In this document: positions 60,044 to 64,000 of the stretch, piece after piece
Position numbering within the stretch: the first letter of the stretch is position 1
How the letters are laid out: each line of letters begins with the position of its first letter
Assembly: GCA_964464625.1 (NCBI GenBank)
Contig: CAYXKD010000006.1
Span: 1,256-65,255, forward strand
DNA from: an uncultured Syntrophomonadaceae bacterium
Lineage (GTDB): Bacteria > Bacillota > Dethiobacteria > DTU022
Reading direction: 5' to 3'
DNA length: 64,000 nucleotides
Notes under the pieces: generated by a model
Databases searched by the model: none
What the model was told of the DNA's origin: nothing
Seen by the model: only the letters and a program-made list of their open reading frames with translations
Program-made: the position numbers and the translations under genes

Positions 60044-60310
60044 GTGTCAACAAAATTGATCAACATTGGATTCGGGAATATTGTTTCGGCGGGGCGGATT
60101 GTAGCCATTGTCAGCCCCGAATCTGCGCCGATCAAAAGGCTTATCAGCGAGGCCAGGGACCGGGGGAATTTGATTGACGCTACTTACGGGCGCCGCACCC
60201 GGGCGGTAATCATCGCTGACAGCAACCATGTAATCCTTTCAGCAGTGCAGCCGGAGACGGTGCGGCACCGTCTGCAAGCCCGGGCTGAATCGAATGACGA
60301 GGGCAGTTAA
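60044..60310 (+). CDS. remA: Extracellular matrix regulator RemA (DUF370)
   Basis: [28 protein letters not shown]...[14 protein letters not shown]. Confidence 0.95.
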   Translation: MSTKLINIGFGNIVSAGRIVAIVSPESAPIKRLISEARDRGNLIDATYGRRTRAVIIADSNHVILSAVQPETVRHRLQARAESNDEGS

Positions 60311-60333
60311 ACAATTTTGACCCGGGAGGATGA

Positions 60334-60945
60334 ATGATGGCCTCAGGGCTTCTCTTTGTACTCTCCGGCCCTTCGGGAGTAGGCAAGGGGACTGTCTGCG
60401 AGCGGCTTCTTTGTTACAGGCCTTCGCTGCAAATTTCCCGATCGCTGACGACGCGCCCTCCCCGACCAGGAGAAAAGGCCGGATGTGATTATGACTTTAC
60501 ATCGCCGGCCTGCTTTCAAAAATTGATATCCCAGGATGCTTTTCTGGAATGGGCCGTTGTGTACGGCCATTATTATGGGACACTCAGGAAAAGAGTGGAG
60601 GAGGCCTTGAGCCGGGGAACAGATATTTTACTGGAAATTGATGTGCAGGGCGCCCTTCAGGTTCGCCGTCGTCTGGAAAGCACCGTCCTGATATTTTTGG
60701 CGCCGCCTTCGTCGGAGGTTCTCTGTGCGCGAATTGCAGGACGGGCTACGGAGAGCGCGGCGAATATGAAACGGCGTCTGGATGAATCGCAGCGTGAGCT
60801 GGCGGCTTACCGGCACTATGATTACCTTGTAGTCAATGATAGTGTCGAGGAGGCAGCCACATTCATAGCCGCGATCATGGAGGCCGAAAAATGCAGAGTC
60901 AGCCGGGGCGCCAGACCGCCTTGCCTGGGAGGTGAAGAAAAGTGA
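60334..60945 (+). CDS. gmk: Guanylate kinase
   Basis: SGPSGVGKGT, TTRPPRPGE, EWAVVYGHYYGT, EIDVQGA, YDYLVVND. Confidence 0.97.
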   Translation: MMASGLLFVLSGPSGVGKGTVCERLLCYRPSLQISRSLTTRPPRPGEKAGCDYDFTSPACFQKLISQDAFLEWAVVYGHYYGTLRKRVEEALSRGTDILLEIDVQGALQVRRRLESTVLIFLAPPSSEVLCARIAGRATESAANMKRRLDESQRELAAYRHYDYLVVNDSVEEAATFIAAIMEAEKCRVSRGARPPCLGGEEK

Positions 60946-61160
60946 TCTACCCATCAATAGATCAACTAATGGAGAAAGTTGACAGCAAATACACTCTGGT
61001 TATTGCCGCTGCGAAACGGGGGCGTCAGCTGCGTGACGGAGCCAGGCCGGCTATTGAATCCGGCTCCCGCAAAGAGGTTACCGTGGCTTTAAACGAAATT
61101 AACGTAGGGAAAATAGAGATCGAATTGCAGCCGGGTATGGGCCGCAGTGGCAACAAGTAA
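60942..61160 (+). CDS. rpoZ: RNA polymerase omega subunit
   Basis: YPSIDQLMEKVDSKYTLVIAAAKRGRQL...VALNEI. Confidence 0.95.
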   Translation: MIYPSIDQLMEKVDSKYTLVIAAAKRGRQLRDGARPAIESGSRKEVTVALNEINVGKIEIELQPGMGRSGNK

Positions 61161-61168
61161 AGGGAGCT

Positions 61169-62353
61169 GTGATGAAAATGTATCTACTGGGGGTTACCGG
61201 AGGTATCGCCGCCTATAAATCTGTTGAACTGGCCAGGATTTTTATGCGTCAGGGGCGGGAGGTCCAGGCGGTCATGACACCCGGGGCCGCTCACTTTATC
61301 AACCCCCTGACCTTCCGGACTATTACGGGGCGCCCGGCGCTTATCGATCAATTCGGGGTTTCCGAAAGCGAGAAGGTGCGACATGTGGATCTGGGTTCGG
61401 CTGCCTCAGTTTTTGTGATCGCTCCGGCAACAGCCAATACCATTGGGAAGATGGCCGCCGGTATCGCGGACAACCTTTTGACAACGGTTTACCTGGCTGC
61501 AGGCTGTCCGGTGGTCCTCGTTCCATCGATGAATGAGCGGATGTATGAGCACCCGGCGGTTCAGAACAGTTTAAGCAGGCTGCGGGAACAGGGTTGCCGG
61601 GTTATGGAGCCGGAAGACGGCGAGCTGGCCTGCGGAGTTACAGGCAAGGGGAGGATGCCCGAAGCTGCGCAGATTGCAGATTTTGTCGAGGCTGCTCTTA
61701 AGCCAGATGATTTCCGGGGACTCCGCGCCCTTGTCACAGCGGGGCCGACACGGGAGCCCCTCGATCCTGTACGTTTTATCAGCAACCACTCTACCGGTCT
61801 TATGGGCTATGCCCTGGCCCGCGCTCTTGTCGCAAGAGGGGCGGAAGTTATCCTTGTGAGCGGTCCCACCGCTTTAAATTGCCCCCGGGGAGCTTTGCTG
61901 GTGCCGGTGACTACAGCCCGGGAGATGTATGCAGCGGTGCTGGAGAACTATGAGAAGTGCAATCTTGTAATAAAGGCGGCAGCAGTGGCTGATTACCGCC
62001 CTGCTGAGAGAGCGGAGCATAAACTTAAAAAAGATGGTTCAGCTATGGTGCTGGAGCTGCAGTCCAACCCCGATATTTTGCTGGAACTGGGGCGCCGAAA
62101 AGGGGAACACCTCCTTGTCGGTTTCGCCATGGAGACGGAGCAGGCCCGGGAGCGCGCCCTGGAGAAATTGAGGCGGAAGAATCTGGACCTTATCGTGGTG
62201 AACGATCTCACTGTTCCCGGAGCGGGTTTTGCCTCACCAACCAATCAGGTCTGCATCATCGACAGGGAGGGAGGGGCTGAAGATCTGCCCCTGATGCCCA
62301 AAGAGACCCTGGCGCACCATATCCTGGACAGGGTCCGTCCGCTGCTGCCGTAA
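61169..62353 (+). CDS. coaBC: Bifunctional PPC decarboxylase/synthetase
   Basis: GVTGGIAAYK, APATANTIGK, PSMN..M, GKGRM, TAGPTRE.LDPVRFISN.STG.MG, AAVADY, GFAMET, VNDL. Confidence 0.96.
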   Translation: MMKMYLLGVTGGIAAYKSVELARIFMRQGREVQAVMTPGAAHFINPLTFRTITGRPALIDQFGVSESEKVRHVDLGSAASVFVIAPATANTIGKMAAGIADNLLTTVYLAAGCPVVLVPSMNERMYEHPAVQNSLSRLREQGCRVMEPEDGELACGVTGKGRMPEAAQIADFVEAALKPDDFRGLRALVTAGPTREPLDPVRFISNHSTGLMGYALARALVARGAEVILVSGPTALNCPRGALLVPVTTAREMYAAVLENYEKCNLVIKAAAVADYRPAERAEHKLKKDGSAMVLELQSNPDILLELGRRKGEHLLVGFAMETEQARERALEKLRRKNLDLIVVNDLTVPGAGFASPTNQVCIIDREGGAEDLPLMPKETLAHHILDRVRPLLP

Positions 62354-62375
62354 AGCGCCGCCGGGACTGTCCAGG

Positions 62376-62996
62376 TTAGAGCACGCTGCCCAGGAGATGA
62401 GGCGTTACAAATATCTCCACAAAAGCGGCGCAGATTAGCAGCGCCACCACAAGGGGGATAACAGAGACAATTTCTTTCCAGATGTATCTGAAACTTTGCA
62501 GGCGCGTTTTATTTGGCAGGGGCGAGGCGATGCAGTGGTAGCCCAGTTTCAGCCCCAGGGCGGCGCAGAAAAAGAAAGCTGAAAGCTCGAAAATACCGTG
62601 GGGCAGTATCCCTAAAAAGATCATCGCCGGGATAGAGCAGCCTGATGCATTGCACGAAGCTGCGACAATGCCGAGAATGTAGCCATTTAAAAATAGAGTG
62701 GCCAGCGGCGAAAAACCAGCCAGAACTCCCAGAAAGAGCATCTGTGCTATTGCCATAAAATTTTTTAAAAAAACAATCAACACCGTGATCAGCGGGGGAT
62801 TACCCAGGATTATGTCGAAGAGTTTCTGCAGATCATTCATCTGTGTTTCAATCCCGGGAAGGGAGTCACCCTGTAAAGATGAGCCAAAGTAGGCCACTAT
62901 AGATCCGGCCAGGAATATTACTACGGCCAGAACGATCCAGTTGCGGTTCTGGTTAAAAACCTCCTTGACCGGCATGAGGAGTGAAAACACTGACAT
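62376..62996 (-). CDS. Stage II sporulation protein M (DUF95)-family membrane protein
   Basis: FLKN...GVLAG...LFLNG.ILG...GILPHGIFEL...LICAAFVEIFVTP. Start at 62996 or 63038. Confidence 0.75.
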   Translation of the reverse strand: MSVFSLLMPVKEVFNQNRNWIVLAVVIFLAGSIVAYFGSSLQGDSLPGIETQMNDLQKLFDIILGNPPLITVLIVFLKNFMAIAQMLFLGVLAGFSPLATLFLNGYILGIVAASCNASGCSIPAMIFLGILPHGIFELSAFFFCAALGLKLGYHCIASPLPNKTRLQSFRYIWKEIVSVIPLVVALLICAAFVEIFVTPHLLGSVL

Positions 62997-63074
62997 CAAC
63001 CTTTCACCATTTATTATTTCAGCGGATACTCCATCCATTTTATCAAAATATGCTTATCTTGTTAATCCCTGAAG

Positions 63075-64000
63075 ATGCATGAATATGCCGAGATCCTCAT
63101 TGAGCTGATTAGCGACGCTGTGGATCGCCCCTTTGACTACAGGATTCCCAAACATCTTCTGGGCAAAGCGGTGCCGGGCTCAGCAGTGCGGGTCCCCTTT
63201 GGGAGAAGGCAATACCGGGGCTATCTGCTGCGGCTTCGGGAGCAGCCCGCTGTCGATCCCGGTGAAGTGCGCGAGATTATTTCCCTGGAGGGGAGCGAGC
63301 CGTTGCTCCAGAAGGAGCAGCTCGCTCTGATCCATTGGATGTCGCACCGCTTCTATTGCCGTAAAATCGAAGCAGTTCATGCTATGCTGCCGGCCCTATT
63401 CCGGGAGGGACGGCAGCTAACCCCCCGCGTTTTAACTTTAACGGGTGCTGCGGAGGAGGCCAGTCTTTCGCGTGCTCCGCAGCAGCGAAACGCCGTTGAA
63501 CTTTTACGTAAACATGGACCCCTGATGCGGCGCGATCTGCTCCGCCTGGGTGTGCGCAGCGATACGGTGCGGGCTCTGCTTAAGAAAGGGCTGCTCCAGG
63601 AAATAGCGGCTACAGCCACGTCGATAAAAGTGGAGACACTTTTTCCATCTGCGGAGTCCCGGGCTGCCACCCGTAATCTAGATGATCTACATGATCTAAA
63701 GGAAGAGCAGCAGCGCGTTTTCGAGGCGGTGAGCGCCGCTCTTGACGGGAGGCGTGCTGAAAAGATGCTGCTGCATGGAGTTACAGCCAGCGGCAAAACA
63801 GAGATCTACCTGCAGGGGATTGCCCGCTGTCTCGAACAGCAAAGGGGAGCGCTGGTGCTTCTCCCGGAAATCTCGCTGACACCGCAGATGATCGAACTTT
63901 TTGCCGGGCGTTTCCCCGGGAAGGTGGCCATGCTGCACAGCCGCCTTACACCTGCGGAGAGGGCGGAGCAGTGGCAGAGGATCCGTTTGGGCGCGGCGCC
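63075..64000 (+). CDS. priA: Primosomal protein N' (5' part, runs off window)
   Basis: My translation from ATG 63075: YAEILI...VDRPFDYRIP...VRVPFG; Walker A LHGVTASGKTEIY in frame at 63771; LLPEISLTPQM; LHSRLT..ER. Confidence 0.93.
   Translation, partial: MHEYAEILIELISDAVDRPFDYRIPKHLLGKAVPGSAVRVPFGRRQYRGYLLRLREQPAVDPGEVREIISLEGSEPLLQKEQLALIHWMSHRFYCRKIEAVHAMLPALFREGRQLTPRVLTLTGAAEEASLSRAPQQRNAVELLRKHGPLMRRDLLRLGVRSDTVRALLKKGLLQEIAATATSIKVETLFPSAESRAATRNLDDLHDLKEEQQRVFEAVSAALDGRRAEKMLLHGVTASGKTEIYLQGIARCLEQQRGALVLLPEISLTPQMIELFAGRFPGKVAMLHSRLTPAERAEQWQRIRLGAA

Noticed and set aside
62364-62372. GGAC-T-GTCC mini-palindrome between coaBC and the SpoIIM-like gene
   Set aside because: Only 4-bp arms; too short to call a REP-family member.
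63771-63805. PriA Walker A reads GVTASGKT rather than GVTGSGKT
   Set aside because: The essential GKT is intact, and the variable position tolerates small residues.
1-64000. CRISPR arrays, tRNA/rRNA genes, transposases, integrases, inteins (checked in NrdD) and defence systems
   Set aside because: No spaced direct-repeat array, cloverleaf or rRNA signature, or DDE/HUH/recombinase motif was seen. NrdD has normal length with no intein motifs.

Overview
A 64 kb core-chromosome segment from an endospore-forming Bacillota (Clostridia/Dethiobacteria-like; the taxonomy is an inference from gene content). Nearly all genes are on the + strand. In order: end of a his operon (hisD-hisB-hisA-hisI-PHP phosphatase, with no hisH, hisF or hisE); secDF; recJ; rel; dtd; a single 1021-aa ORF fusing a complete HisRS to a complete AspRS; an antisense small membrane-protein gene with a sigma-K-like promoter; 6S RNA; mgtE; the dcw cluster (mraZ to ftsZ); spoIIGA-sigE-sigG-ylmC; nrdR-nrdD-nrdG with tandem NrdR boxes; a reduced ylm/divIVA cluster; T-box-controlled ileS; an acyl-CoA ligase; yteA; lspA-lgt-rluD; a trypsin-like protease; rqcH; hbd; a Ca-type P-ATPase; yloC-remA-gmk-rpoZ-coaBC; a SpoIIM-family gene; and the 5' part of priA. 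I saw no tRNA, rRNA, CRISPR array, transposase or prophage. The standout is the HisRS-AspRS fusion. It has a 20-codon linker, no stop codon and no residual aspS start, and it has a short leader with no T-box. All calls come from motif recognition by eye; no database searches were run.
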